From assembly GCA_002269645.1 (NCBI GenBank), contig NIVC01001654.1, forward strand, positions 124,001-188,000: DNA of 64,000 nt. The letters run 5' to 3'. Numbering within the stretch: the first letter of the stretch is position 1; each line of letters opens with the position of its first letter. Below the pieces are notes generated by a model, which was given only the letters and a program-made list of their open reading frames with translations, was not told where the DNA came from and ran no database searches. The translations under genes were made by a program, and so were the position numbers. This stretch comes from Macrostomum lignano (taxonomy: Eukaryota). This document shows, one piece after another, positions 1-13,149 of this stretch.

Positions 1-3000
1 AGAGTCTCCTCTGACTTACCCTGAGAGTCGCCTCTAACTTACCTTGCGAGTCGCCTCCAACATGCTCTGAGAGTCGCCTCTGACCTGCCCTGAGAGTCGC
101 CTCTGACCTTCCTAAGAGTCGTCTCTTACCTATTCTAAGAGTCTTCTCTGACCTACCCTGGGAGTCGCCTCTAACTTACCCTTAGAGTCGCCTCTAACTA
201 ACCCTGAGAGTCGCCTCCAACCTACCCTTAGAGTCGCCTCCGACCTGCCCTGAAAGTCGGAGTTACCTGACTTACCCTGAGAGTCGCCTCTGACCTACCC
301 TGAGAGCAGCCTCTGACCTGCCTGAGAGTCGACTCTGACTTACCCTAAGAGACGCAGTCGCCTCTAACCTACCCCAAGAGTCAATCCTGACTTATTTTGA
401 GAGTCGCACCTGATTTACCGGGAGACTCGCGTCTAACCTACCCTAAGATTCAGCTCTAACCTACCCTGAGATTCAGCTCTAACCTACCCTAAGATTCAGC
501 TCTAACCTACCCTAGGATTCAGCTCCAACCTGCCCTGAGATTCAGCTCTAACCTACCCTGAGATTCAGCTCTAACCTGCCCTGAGATTCAGCTCTAACCT
601 ACCCTAGGATTCAGCTCCAACCTGCCCTGAGATTCAGCTCTAACCTACCCTGAGATTCAGCTCTAACCTACCCTAGGATTCAGCTCCAACCTGCCCTGAG
701 ATTCAGCTCTAACCTGCCCTGAGATTCAGCTCTAACCTGCCCTGAGATTCAGCTCTAACCTACCCTGAGATTCAGCTCTAACCTGCCCTGAGATTCAGCT
801 CTAACCTACCCTGAGGTTCAGCTCTAACCTACCCTGAGATTCAGCTCTAACCTACCTTGAGATTCAGCTCTAACCTACCTTGAGATTCAGCTCTAACCTG
901 CCCTGAGATTCAGCTCCAACCTACCCTGAGATTCAGCTCCAACCTACCCTGAGATTCAGCTCTAACCTAACCTTAGATTCAGCTCCAACCTGCCCTGAGA
1001 TTCAGCTCTAACCTGCCCTGAGATTCAGCTCTAACCTGCCCTGAGATTCAGCTCTAACCTACCCTGAGATTCAGCTCTAACCTGCCCTGAGATTCAGCTC
1101 TAACCTACCCTGAGATTCAGCTCTAACCTGCCCTGAGATTCAGCTCTAACCTACCCTGAGGTTCAGCTCTAACCTACCCTGAGATTCAGCTCTAACCTAC
1201 CTTGAGATTCAGCTCTAACCTACCTTGAGATTCAGCTCTAACCTGCCCTGAGATTCAGCTCCAACCTACCCTGAGATTCAGCTCCAACCTACCCTGAGAT
1301 TCAGCTCTAACCTAACCTTAGATTCAGCTCTAACCTACCCTGAGATTCAGCTCTAACCTAACCTGAGATTCAGCTCTAACCTACCCTGAGATTCAGCTCC
1401 AACCTACCCTGAGATTCAGCTCTAACCTACCCTGAGATTCAGCTCTAACCTACCCTGAGATTCAGCTCTAACCTAACCTGAGATTCAGCTCTAACCTACC
1501 CTGAGATTAAGCTCCAACCTACCCTGAGATTCAGCTCTAACCTACCCTGAGATTCAGCTCCAACCTACCCTGAGATTCAGCTCTAACCTGCCCTGAGATT
1601 CAGCTCTAACCTGCCCTGAGATTCAGCTCTAACCTGCCCTGAGATTCAGCTCTAACCTACCCTGAGATTCAGCTCTAACCTGCCCTGAGATTCAGCTCTA
1701 ACCTACCCTGAGATTCAGCTCTAACCTGCCCTGAGATTCAGCTCTAACCTACCCTGAGATTCAGCTCCAACCTACCCTGAGATTCAGCTCCAACCTACCC
1801 TGAGATTCAGCTCTAACCTAACCTTAGATTCAGCTCTAACCTACCCTGAGATTCAGCTCTAACCTAACCTGAGATTCAGCTCTAACCTACCTTGAGATTC
1901 AGCTCTAACCTGCCCTGAGATTCAGCTCCAACCTACCCTGAGATTCAGCTCCAACCTACCCTAAGATTCAGCTCTAACCTACCCTAGGATTCAGCTCCAA
2001 CCTGCCCTGAGATTCAGCTCTAACCTGCCCTGAGATTCAGCTCTAACCTGCCCTGAGATTCAGCTCTAACCTACCCTGAGATTCAGCTCTAACCTGCCCT
2101 GAGATTCAGCTCTAACCTACCCTGAGATTCAGCTCTAACCTGCCCTGAGATTCAGCTCTAACCTACCCTGAGGTTCAGCTCTAACCTACCCTGAGATTCA
2201 GCTCTAACCTACCTTGAGATTCAGCTCTAACCTACCTTGAGATTCAGCTCTAACCTGCCCTGAGATTCAGCTCCAACCTACCCTGAGATTCAGCTCCAAC
2301 CTACCCTGAGATTCAGCTCTAACCTAACCTTAGATTCAGCTCTAACCTACCCTGAGATTCAGCTCTAACCTACCCTGAGATTCAGCTCTAACCTACCCTG
2401 AGATTCAGCTCCAACCTACCCTGAGATTCAGCTCTAACCTACCCTGAGATTCAGCTCTAACCTACCCTGAGATTCAGCTCTAACCTAACCTGAGATTCAG
2501 CTCTAACCTACCCTGAGATTCAGCTCTAACCTACCCTGAGATTCAGCTCTAACCTGCCCTGAGATTCAGCTCTAACCTGCCCTGAGATTCAGCTCTAACC
2601 TACCCTGAGATTCAGCTCCAACCTACCCTGAGATTCAGCTCTAACCTGCCCTGAGATTCAGCTCTAACCTGCCCTGAGATTCAGCTCTAACCTGCCCTGA
2701 GATTCAGCTCTAACCTACCCTGAGATTCAGCTCTAACCTGCCCTGAGATTCAGCTCTAACCTACCCTGAGATTCAGCTCTAACCTGCCCTGAGATTCAGC
2801 TCTAACCTACCCTGAGGTTCAGCTCTAACCTACCCTGAGATTCAGCTCTAACCTACCTTGAGATTCAGCTCTAACCTACCTTGAGATTCAGCTCTAACCT
2901 GCCCTGAGATTCAGCTCCAACCTACCCTGAGATTCAGCTCCAACCTACCCTGAGATTCAGCTCTAACCTAACCTGAGATTCAGCTCTAACCTACCCTGAG

Positions 3001-4560
3001 ATTCAGCTCTAACCTAACCTGAGATTCAGCTCTAACCTACCCTGAGATTCAGCTCTAACCTAACCTGAGATTCAGCTCTAACCTACCCTGAGATTCAGCT
3101 CCAACCTACCCTGAGATTCAGCTCTAACCTGCCCTGAGATTCAGCTCTAACCTACCCTGAGATTCAGCTCTAACCTGCCCTGAGATTCAGCTCTAACCTA
3201 CCCTGAGGTTCAGCTCTAACCTACCCTGAGATTCAGCTCTAACCTACCTTGAGATTCAGCTCTAACCTACCTTGAGATTCAGCTCTAACCTGCCCTGAGA
3301 TTCAGCTCCAACCTACCCTGAGATTCAGCTCCAACCTACCCTGAGATTCAGCTCTAACCTAACCTTAGATTCAGCTCTAACCTACCCTGAGATTAAGCTC
3401 CAACCTACCCTGAGATTCAGCTCTAACCTACCCTGAGATTCAGCTCTAACCTAACCTGAGATTCAGCTCTAACCTACCCTGAGATTCAGCTCTAACCTAC
3501 CCTGAGATTCAGCTCTAACCTACCCTGAGATTCAGCTCCAACCTACCCTGAGATTCAGCTCTAACCTACCCTGAGATTCAGCTCTAACCTACCCTGAGAT
3601 TCAGCTCTAACCTGCCCTGAGATTCAGCTCTAACCTACCCTGAGGTTCAGCTCTAACCTACCCTGAGATTCAGCTCTAACCTACCTTGAGATTCAGCTCT
3701 AACCTACCTTGAGATTCAGCTCTAACCTGCCCTGAGATTCAGCTCCAACCTACCCTGAGATTCAGCTCCAACCTACCCTGAGATTCAGCTCTAACCTAAC
3801 CTTAGATTCAGCTCTAACCTACCCTGAGATTAAGCTCCAACCTACCCTGAGATTCAGCTCTAACCTACCCTGAGATTCAGCTCTAACCTAACCTGAGATT
3901 CAGCTCTAACCTACCCTGAGATTCAGCTCCAACCTACCCTGAGATTCAGCTCTAACCTACCCTGAGATTCAGCTCTAACCTACCCTGAGATTCAGCTCTA
4001 ACCTACCCTGAGATTCAGCTCTAACCTAACCTGAGATTCAGCTCTAACCTACCCTGAGATTCAGCTCTAACCTACCCTTAGATTAAGCTCCAACCTACCC
4101 TGAGATTCAGCTCTAACCTACCCTGAGATTCAGCTCTAACCTAACCTGAGATTCAGCTCTAACCTACCCTGAGATTCAGCTCCAACCTACCCTGAGATTC
4201 AGCTCTAACCTACCCTGAGATTCAGCTCTAACCTACCCTGAGATTCAGCTCTAACCTAACCTGAGATTCAGCTCTAACCTACCCTGAGATTCAGCTCTAA
4301 CCTAACCTTAGATTCAGCTCTAACCTACCCTGAGATTAAGCTCCAACCTACCCTGAGATTCAGCTCTAACCTACCCTGAGATTCAGCTCTAACCTAACCT
4401 GAGATTCAGCTCTAACCTACCCTGAGATTCAGCTCCAACCTACCCTGAGATTCAGCTCTAACCTACCCTGAGATTCAGCTCTAACCTAACCTGAGATTCA
4501 GCTCTAACCTAACCTGAGATTCAGCTCTAACCTACCCTGAGATTCAGCTCTAACCTACAT
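1..4560. repeat. 23-bp satellite array (consensus CTGAGATTCAGCTCTAACCTACC), degenerate GAGTCGCCTC-type monomers in the first ~450 bp, runs off the left edge
   Basis: Period 23 read directly (CTG at 788, 811 and onward); about 180 near-identical monomers with recurring point variants. Confidence 0.98.
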
Positions 4561-4739
4561 GTACCCTGAAAAACACTTCTAAACCCTTGAGTGAGTCACT
4601 CTATTTCACTCATGAATGTTCAGGAGTTATGCAGTTACAAAATGTGTTAGTTCTCATGTCTCAAGGCTAGTCTACCGCCCTCACTGCTCAACATGTTGCA
4701 TGCGAGCCTAGCTCGTCAACTCAAAAGACTTTCAAACTC

Positions 4740-5594
4740 ATGGACTCAACTCGTGGCGGCGGTCGTGGCGGATTCCGCGGCGGTTTCGGAGGCCGAGGCG
4801 GCGGCGACAGGGGCGGCGGTGAGCGCGGCGGCGGTGGTCGCGGCAGGGGCGGACGCGGCGGTCGCGGAGGACGCGGCGGCCGCGGTGGTCGCGGAGGTCG
4901 CGGCGGCGATAAGAAAGAGGAGTGGCAGCCGGTCACCAAGCTGGGCCGGCTAGTCAAAGACGGCAAGATCAAAAGCCTGGAAGAGGTGTACATGTTTGCC
5001 CTGCCAATTAAAGAGTCGGAAATTATCGACCAGTTCCTTGGCGGCCGGCTCAAAGACGAGGTGCTGAAGATCATGCCGGTGCAGAAGCAGACCAGAGCCG
5101 GACAGCGCACCCGGTTCAAGGCGATTGTAGCGATTGGAGACTTTGACAAGCACGTCGGACTGGGGGTGAAGTGCTCCAAGGAGGTGGCCACCGCCATCCG
5201 TGGCGCCATCATCTTGGCTAAGCTGTCGGTCATCCCGGTTCGCCTGGGCTACTGGGGCAATAAGATCGGCAAGCCCCACACGGTGCCGTGCAAGCTGACT
5301 GGCAAATGCGGCTCTGTTGTGGTGCGCCTCATCCCAGCGCCCAGAGGCACCGGCATTGTTGGCGCTCCGGTGCCTAAGAAGCTGCTGAGCATGGCCGGCA
5401 TTGATGATGTGTACACCTGCTCGAAGGGACAGACCGCCACTCTAGGCAACTTTGCCAAGGCTACCTACATGGCTATTCAGGCTACGTTTGAGTACCTATC
5501 ACCTGACCTGTGGCCTGAGACTACCGCCCCCAATCATCCGTATGCTGAGCACAGCGACTTCCTAATGAAGGCTGGTAGGCCCTACCGTCATTGA
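4740..5594 (+). CDS. RPS2: 40S ribosomal protein S2 (uS5), intronless, 284 aa
   Basis: RGG-rich N-terminus followed by hallmark uS5 sequence [53 protein letters not shown] and [11 protein letters not shown]; uninterrupted ORF from ATG 4740 to TGA 5594. Confidence 0.97.
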   Translation: MDSTRGGGRGGFRGGFGGRGGGDRGGGERGGGGRGRGGRGGRGGRGGRGGRGGRGGDKKEEWQPVTKLGRLVKDGKIKSLEEVYMFALPIKESEIIDQFLGGRLKDEVLKIMPVQKQTRAGQRTRFKAIVAIGDFDKHVGLGVKCSKEVATAIRGAIILAKLSVIPVRLGYWGNKIGKPHTVPCKLTGKCGSVVVRLIPAPRGTGIVGAPVPKKLLSMAGIDDVYTCSKGQTATLGNFAKATYMAIQATFEYLSPDLWPETTAPNHPYAEHSDFLMKAGRPYRH

Positions 5595-5834
5595 AGGCTT
5601 GAAAGCCGTTCGATTTTTAGCTGTCGTGGACGCCACCGCTTCACTGATTTTGAGTCCAAAGTGGAATTGTCTTGTTGACGAGCTGGCTGATATGCGCTAA
5701 GGGACATCACATAAATTGATTCATGTTGGAGAGGGAAATATACTTTTACGCTCCTTTTTCTTGGAATAAGACGTGGCGTTTTGTCTCATTCTTTTTGCTT
5801 TCTTTTTAACATTAGTTAGAATCTTAGATTAGAC

Positions 5835-6605
5835 TCCAGCCTATCGTGAGAACAGCCTCTTAATCCACTGACAGTCGCCTCTAATCCACTGAGAGTCGCC
5901 TCTAATCCACTGAGAGTCGCCTTTAATCCACTGAGATTCGCCTCTAATCCACTGAGAACCGCCTCTAATCCACTGAGAACCGCCTCTAATCCACTGAGAA
6001 CCGCCTCTAATCCACTGAGAACCGCCTCTAATCCACTGAGAACCGCCTCTAATCCACTGAGAACCGCCTCTAATCCACTGACAGTCGCCTCTAATCCACT
6101 GAGATTCGCCTCTAATCCACTGACAGTCGCCTCTAATCCACTGAGAGTCCCCTGTAATCCACCGAGAGTCGCCTCTAATCCACTGAGAATCGCCTCTAAT
6201 CCACTGAGAATCGCCTCTAATCCACTGAGAATCGCCTCTAATCCACTAAGAATCGCCTCTAATCCACTGAGAATCGCCTCTAATCCACTAAGAATCGCCT
6301 CTAATCCACTGAGAATCGCCTCTAATCCAGTAAGAACCGCTCTAGTCAACTGAGAATCGCCTCTAATCTACAAATAACCGTCTCTAATCCATTGAGAACC
6401 GAATCTAATCCACTGAATGCCGCCTCTAATCCGTTAAAAACCGCCTCTAATCCACTGAGAACCGCCTTTAATCCACGGAGAATCGCCCCTAATCCATTGA
6501 GAACCGCCTTAAGTCCATTGTAAGAATTGCCTCTAACCTACCCTGAGTCGCCTCTGACCTACCCTGAGTCGCCCCTTATCTACCCTGAGTCGCCTCTAAT
6601 CCACT
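5835..6605. repeat. 21-bp minisatellite (CCTCTAATCCACTGAGAATCG), ending in CCTCTAACCTACCCTGAGTCG monomers related to the 1-4560 array
   Basis: Direct inspection; explains the low-complexity GLEAILS ORF on the minus strand. Confidence 0.95.
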
Positions 6606-6995
6606 GCGAGAAAAACTCGTCCCTAACCACCCCAAAAGTGACTGTCTGTCTGCTCAGCTAATCTATAATGCAGCATTGACTCCTACAATTTTCCCGTTCA
6701 AAGTCAGACTGGTCGTTCGCTTCCAGCACTGTATAATTCGGTTACAGTGTGCAGCCTCTCACTGTTGAGTTCAATAGTCTCTGTGACGCCTGGAAGGCTC
6801 AAGAAAATTACCATCTATTTTTAAGGCTCAAATGTCCGCTTCTTTATCTCTGCTTCTTCCTCTGTTCCCTGTGTCTCTTTTGCCGGTTCGCTGCTTTGAC
6901 GCCTCTGTGTGCTTGCTGGGTTTGCTGCTTCTAGCCTGGTCGTTTCATTAGCATCATCTGCTCTGCTGCTCACCCAGCTCAGCTTCTTCAGCCTC

Positions 6996-7152
6996 ATCTG
7001 TCTGTCTCTTTATCTATCTATCTATCTAACCATCTATCTATCTATCTAACCATCTATCTATCTATCTAACCATCTATCTATCTCTCTATCGAACCATCTA
7101 TCTATCTATCTAACCATCTATCTATCTATCTAACCATCTATCTATCTATCTC
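6996..7152. repeat. (ATCT)n microsatellite with a 20-bp superperiod (ATCTATCTATCTATCTAACC)
   Basis: Direct inspection. Confidence 0.9.
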
Positions 7153-8016
7153 TGTATGCCTGTTTACGCTCGTACTAGATTCGTTTTATGACCAAACTAG
7201 AACCGTTTTTTACAAGAATCTTTTATAAAATTAGTTTTCTTTCGATTATTCGATCTCCTTTAGCTAGAGCGGCATTCATGTCTTCTCCTATTCGATACAC
7301 AAATAGTTGACAAGATAAGTCAATTCTTTCGCTACAAGTGTTTTTGTTCATTGACTGGAAAACAGTCCTGTTGAGCAGCTACTCAAGAAGGTTCCTCCTC
7401 CATAGGATTGGAGTCCTTGAACTGGTGAAGCGGCTTGAATGACTGTCGCTTTCTACAGTTGTATAGTTCTGCCTTGAATTCTCCATTAATGCTCCACATG
7501 CTCTTCGCTCCGTCTCGGAGGCCTCTCCATAAATCCATTCTCCGATATTTTCCAATGCGCGCTCCGCATCAAAGCCTGTTTGGTCTGCTGAATTGGGTTG
7601 GCGTTGTTTTTTTTTAAAGTCCTTATCGAACAGTTTATATTTTAGAGATTTATCGGCCTCACTATTGCATGAATACTCCGGCTATGCTAGATGTCACGTG
7701 TCACGTAGATTAACTGACAATGTTATGCGTATGAAAACAGTGTAATAGAATGCATACATAGCATTCAAAAGAAGGCAAAGCAAGTCGTACACAGACTGGC
7801 ATCCAATTTGTTGTGGCCGCGTGCGGATTCGAACCCTGGTACTCTTTGCTCTCTCTTTAGCACACTAGTTTGGCTTCTTTCAATAAAAGCTTGCAAGCTT
7901 TCCAATTCTGTAGCTCCTTGCGGCTTTGCGTTAAAAATGAAGTTAGTAAGGCTTCTCAAATTTCTTTGTAGCTCACTTTGGACGACAGATTTCCATACTA
8001 ATAAGCTTAAGTGAAC

Positions 8017-8043
8017 CTACTACTACTACTACTACTACTGCTG

Positions 8044-8085
<42 letters not shown>

Positions 8086-8086
8086 T

Positions 8087-8120
<34 letters not shown>

Positions 8121-8121
8121 G

Positions 8122-8168
<47 letters not shown>

Positions 8169-8175
8169 GCTGCTG

Positions 8176-8255
<80 letters not shown>

Positions 8256-8256
8256 G

Positions 8257-8339
<83 letters not shown>

Positions 8340-8340
8340 G

Positions 8341-8417
<77 letters not shown>

Positions 8418-8418
8418 G

Positions 8419-8490
<72 letters not shown>

Positions 8491-8514
8491 TTACTACTAC
8501 TACTACTACTACTG

Positions 8515-8558
<44 letters not shown>

Positions 8559-8570
8559 GCCACTACTACA
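8017..8570. repeat. (CTA)n trinucleotide microsatellite with periodic CTG/CCA interruptions
   Basis: Direct inspection; source of the poly-L and poly-V ORFs. Confidence 0.98.
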
Positions 8571-9254
8571 ACTAGTACTGATACAAATACCTCTTGCCTC
8601 AATTCAATCTTAATTAATTAAATTAATTAATGCAATCCTAGTTTTGCTAGACAAAACGCCCTTGCCCCTCTGTAAATAAAAATGGCAAATACATATTTAA
8701 CAATTTCAGCGCGACATTCATTGATGCCTCTGGCCTGTCTCGGTCCGGGCCGCCAGCCGGCCGCCGGGTCCTCACTTCGAGCGGCCTGCCGGTGCCTCAA
8801 CGTTGACCTGCTAGTGACAGTGGCATGTAGCAGCTCTAGCCAGTCAAACGATAATGACTCTCTGAAACTGCTGATGTCAAAGCTGCACGCTGTCTCGGGT
8901 AAGAAACCACAGGCTTCCGGGGGTCAAAAGAAAAATCCTACAAGAAAAATGTGTCTTCTTTTAAAGAACACTCCTAAAAAGCTGTTGTAGGAGATGCGGT
9001 GGTCTTGTTTTAGGAATCCTTACTTTTTCTTTCTTTTTTCGCACGTTCTTAAAAGCCAAAGCTAAATTCGTTTTCACACCTGACCGAAGTTTTTTACTGT
9101 TGCTGCCAGGGTAAATGGCTGAATGACAGCTGCAATATTTTCGCAATTTTCGCAACATATCGGTAGATTGTTTAATGTTTGAACTCCCAGGGAACGTGAA
9201 GCATTTACTCTTATATAATCTATATTGAAGTAGCCCAAATAAGATGCTTAATAT

Positions 9255-10960
9255 CCTCAATTAGAATGCTGAATATCCCTAATTAGAATGCTGAATATCC
9301 CCAATTAGAATGCTGAATATACCCAATTAGAATGCTGAATATCCCCATTTAGAATGCTGAATATCCCTAATTAGAATGCTGAATATCCCCAATTAGAAAT
9401 CTGAATATCCCCAGTTAAATGCTGAGTATACCCAATTAGAATGCTGAATATCCCCAATGAGAAATCTGAAATATCCCCAATTAGAAATCTGAATATCCCC
9501 AATTAGAATGCTGAATATCCCCAATGAGAAATCTGAAATATCCCCAATTAGAAATCTGAATATCCCCAATTAGAATGCTGAATATCCCCAATTAGAATGC
9601 TGAATATCCCCAATTAGAATGCTGAATATCCCCAATTAGAATGCTGAATATCCCCAATTAGAATGCTGAATATCCCTAATTAGAATGCTGAATATCCCCA
9701 ATTAGAAATCTGAATATCCCCAGTTAAATGCTGAATATACCTAATTAGAATGCTGAATATCCCCAATTAGAAATCTGAGTATCCCCAATTAGAATGCTGA
9801 ATATCCCCAATTAGAATGCTGAATATCCCCAATTAGAAATCTGAATATCCCCAGTTAAATGCTGTGTATACCAAATTAGAATGCTGAATATCCCCAATGA
9901 GAAATCTGAAATATCCCCAATTAGAAATCTGAATATCCCCAGTTAAATGCTGAGTATACCCAATTAGAATGCTGAATATCCCCAATGAGAAATCTGAAAT
10001 ATCCCCAATTAGAAATCTGAATATCCCCAATTAGAATGCTGAATATCCCCAATGAGAAATCTGAAATATCCCCAATTAGAAATCTGAATATCCCCAATTA
10101 GAATGCTGAATATCCCCAATTAGAATGCTGAATATCCCCAATTAGAATGCTGAATATCCCTAATTAGAATGCTGAATATCCCCAATTAGAAATCTGAATA
10201 TCCCCAGTTAAATGCTGAATATACCCAATTAGAATGCTGAATATCCCCAATTAGAAATCTGAGTATCCCCAATTAGAATGCTGAATATCCCCAATTAGAA
10301 TGCTGAATATCCCCAATTAGAAATCTGAATATCCCCAGTTAAATGCTGTGTATACCCAATTAGAATGCTGAATATCCCCAATGAGAAATCTGAAATATCC
10401 CCAATTAGAAATCTGAATATCCCCAATTAGAATGCTGAATATCCCCAATTAGAATGCTGAATATCCCTAATTAGAATGCTGAATATCCCCAATTAGAAAT
10501 CTGAGTATCCCCAATTAGAAATCTGACTATTCCGAATTAGAATTCTGAAATATTCCTAATTAGAAATCTGAGTATCCTCAATTAGAAATCTGTGTATCCC
10601 CAATTAGAAATCTGACTATTCCGAATTAGAATTCTGAAATATTCCTAATTAGAAATCTGAGTATCCTCAATTAGAAATCTGTGTATCCCCAATTAGAAAT
10701 CTGAATATCCCCAATTAGAATGCTGAATATCCCCAATTAGAATGCTGAATATCCCCAATTAGAATGCTGAATATCCCCAATTAGAAATCTGACTATTCCG
10801 AATTAGAATTCTGAAATATTCCTAATTAGAAATCTGAGTATCCTCAATTAGAAATCTGTGTATCCCTAATTAGAAATCTGAATATTACCAATTAGAAATC
10901 TGAAATATTACCAATTAGAAATCTGAGTATTCCCAATTAGAAATCTGAATATTCCTAATT
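9255..10960. repeat. 22-bp satellite array (AATTAGAATGCTGAATATCCCC)
   Basis: Period 22 (AATTAG at 9281, 9303); variant blocks are repeated and the array decays at both ends. Confidence 0.97.
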
Positions 10961-11101
10961 ATGATACTGAATTTCCGGAATCCCGATAAAGAACTCAATA
11001 TTTCCCTGCTGTATTAAGAAAAAAGATGTTATTAAATATCAAAATAGGGATCTATATTACAATATTACGACGCTGATAATACATATTGATATCCCAATCA
11101 G

Positions 11102-11521
11102 GTCGTCAGGAAGAGTCACTTACCCATGCTTCCCATCCCCACAGCAAGCAGCTCAGCATTAGGCAGCAACAGCCTCAGCATCCAGCCTTCGCTACCAGCG
11201 CATCTCAACCTACCAAAAGGACAGAGCTGGCTAAGCAGTCCCACTGCAGACTGGGACACCAGCCTCATGCTGCCAGAATCTGCTACTCAGGCGTCTGCAT
11301 CAACTGGCTCGGCTTCCTCAGTGATGTATCAGGATTTGACCGAGTCAGCCGCTGTTAACTCCGCCGATAGCAGTCTGATGTCGTTCACTTGTCTAATATG
11401 CAACACAGGCTGTTTCCTGTATTGCTTAGAGGATAAGCAAGCACTGCTGATGGCTGCTCAGGATTCAAATTCCGTTAATCAGGAAGCATTATTGCCAGTT
11501 GCTCTTCTTGGACAAATTTTG
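11102..11521 (+). CDS. Candidate internal coding exon (140 codons, Ser/Ala-rich with a CLICNTGCFLYC Cys cluster) of an unidentified gene
   Basis: Acceptor CAATCAG ends at 11101 and donor G|GTAAGT follows 11521; open in phase 0 at both ends; GC-richer than its flanks. No recognisable family. Confidence 0.4.
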
Positions 11522-11965
11522 GTAAGTTGCTTGATGATTTTCCTATTTAATTTGACACAACACCTCACATAGAAATATCTATGTAGAAATGTAAAGTTTT
11601 TTGAGTCCAAGACTTTTTAAGTGCCCAAGCTCTTTAGGCACCAGCTATCAAGTGTTTACAATCTAGCGTATGTTTATGCATATATAAGGTGTTCGCATGA
11701 TAATTCCGAAACTTTAATAACCTAGGGTAGATGCCTAAAATTAGTTTTATAATCATTTAGCACAGTGAATATTGCTCTAATGCTATAGCACTGCCTTCTT
11801 CCTAGCGGGTATCGTAATATGACCATGTCGCAGATACGCCGTTGCGTGTTGTAAAATTTGAATTCCAATGCAAATTTAGCGGATCGTGTATCCACCTGAC
11901 TGACTGGCTGGCTGGCCTAAATTGCTGTGGGTGTTCGATTTCTCTGGGATACCTTATTTAGCGGC

Positions 11966-12005
11966 TGTCTGTCTGTCTGTCTGTCTGTCTGTATGTCTTA
12001 CTGTA

Positions 12006-12042
<37 letters not shown>

Positions 12043-12085
12043 TACTGTCTGTCTGTCTGTCTGTATGTCTTACTGTATGTATGTA

Positions 12086-12126
<41 letters not shown>

Positions 12127-12375
12127 TACTGTATGTCTGTCTGTCTGTATGTATGTCTGTCTGTCTGTATGTCTTACTGTATGTCTGTCTGTCTGTATGT
12201 CTGTCTGTCTGTCTGTCTGTCTTACTGTCTGTCTGTCTGTCTGTATGTCTGTCTGTCTGTCTGTCTGTCTTACTGTCTGTCTGTCTGTCTGTCTGTCTGC
12301 CTGTCTGCCTGTCTGCCCTTTTAACTGTCTGTCTCTCTTTTTTAGTGTCTGTGTCTGTCTGTCTGTCTGTATCCG
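11966..12375. repeat. (CTGT)n microsatellite with recurring TTACTGTATG interruptions
   Basis: Direct inspection; source of the CLSV and TDRQ ORFs. Confidence 0.97.
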
Positions 12376-13149
12376 TCTGTATGTTTGTAAAGCTTGACGG
12401 AATCCCCGCACTTGCCCGCCAGCAGTTCAGTTTTACTGAGCTCGCTGGGGCTTATATCCCGCCACTCTACTCCCAACTATCAATGCAGAAGTATTGAACC
12501 CGTCAATATATGCGTAGTATTTATATGCCTAAAATCCCCTGCAGCGATATTGATATTTTCTACGAGGACTGGGCTAACGACAAGCCTTATTAAGCCCCCC
12601 CCCCTCTGTATCAGCAGATGCCCAACCAGTGAATGTTATGAAAAGACGATTGCGTTACAATTCCCAACTCTCTACTCTAGCATGATACTATGGAGATAAA
12701 AACGGTTGCAACCGTGCTGCCCGTGAATACACCAATCTACTATAGATTTTTTCTCATAGATGGTATTGATTGTAGCTTTGTGAATTGTGTAGCATAGTGT
12801 TATAACATGCATAGTGTTATTCGGCCAGATTCGGCTAGTATGTGCGTCAAATTCTTAATTCCCGACGCGTTAGAAAAAACGCGTGGAATTTTTTTTTGCA
12901 GCATACCTCATATTATTAGGTGAATTAGCGCTTCGGTGCCTAGATTTTTGCACCTGTCGCTCACACTCTGCGCCAATTCTTCACTGTTCTCCCTCCTGCA
13001 GAAATGATTGTAATTAGACAGGTGAAGTGCGCTTGGTCAGCGACGCAAAGATGAAGATGAGATAGCAGATGGCCGCTTATGTTTTATCAGCCGTGAACTC
13101 AGCAGTGTTGGTTATTAATTTGAGAACTATCTAGATAATAAGTGTTGTA

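Noticed and set aside
1-4560. Telomeric repeat or chromosome end
   Set aside because: CTAACC and TACCCT only resemble CCCTAA inside a 23-bp monomer; there is no (TTAGGG)n tract.
5816-6349. GLEAILS-repeat ORF resembling a coiled-coil protein
   Set aside because: Stop-free by-product of the 21-bp array, a multiple of 3. The same applies to the GLEA/NPAS ORFs at 17000-17794 and the VTG/TPV ORFs at 57858-58469.
7973-8613. Poly-Leu and poly-Val ORFs of about 200 aa
   Set aside because: Translations of a (CTA)n microsatellite; no coding features.
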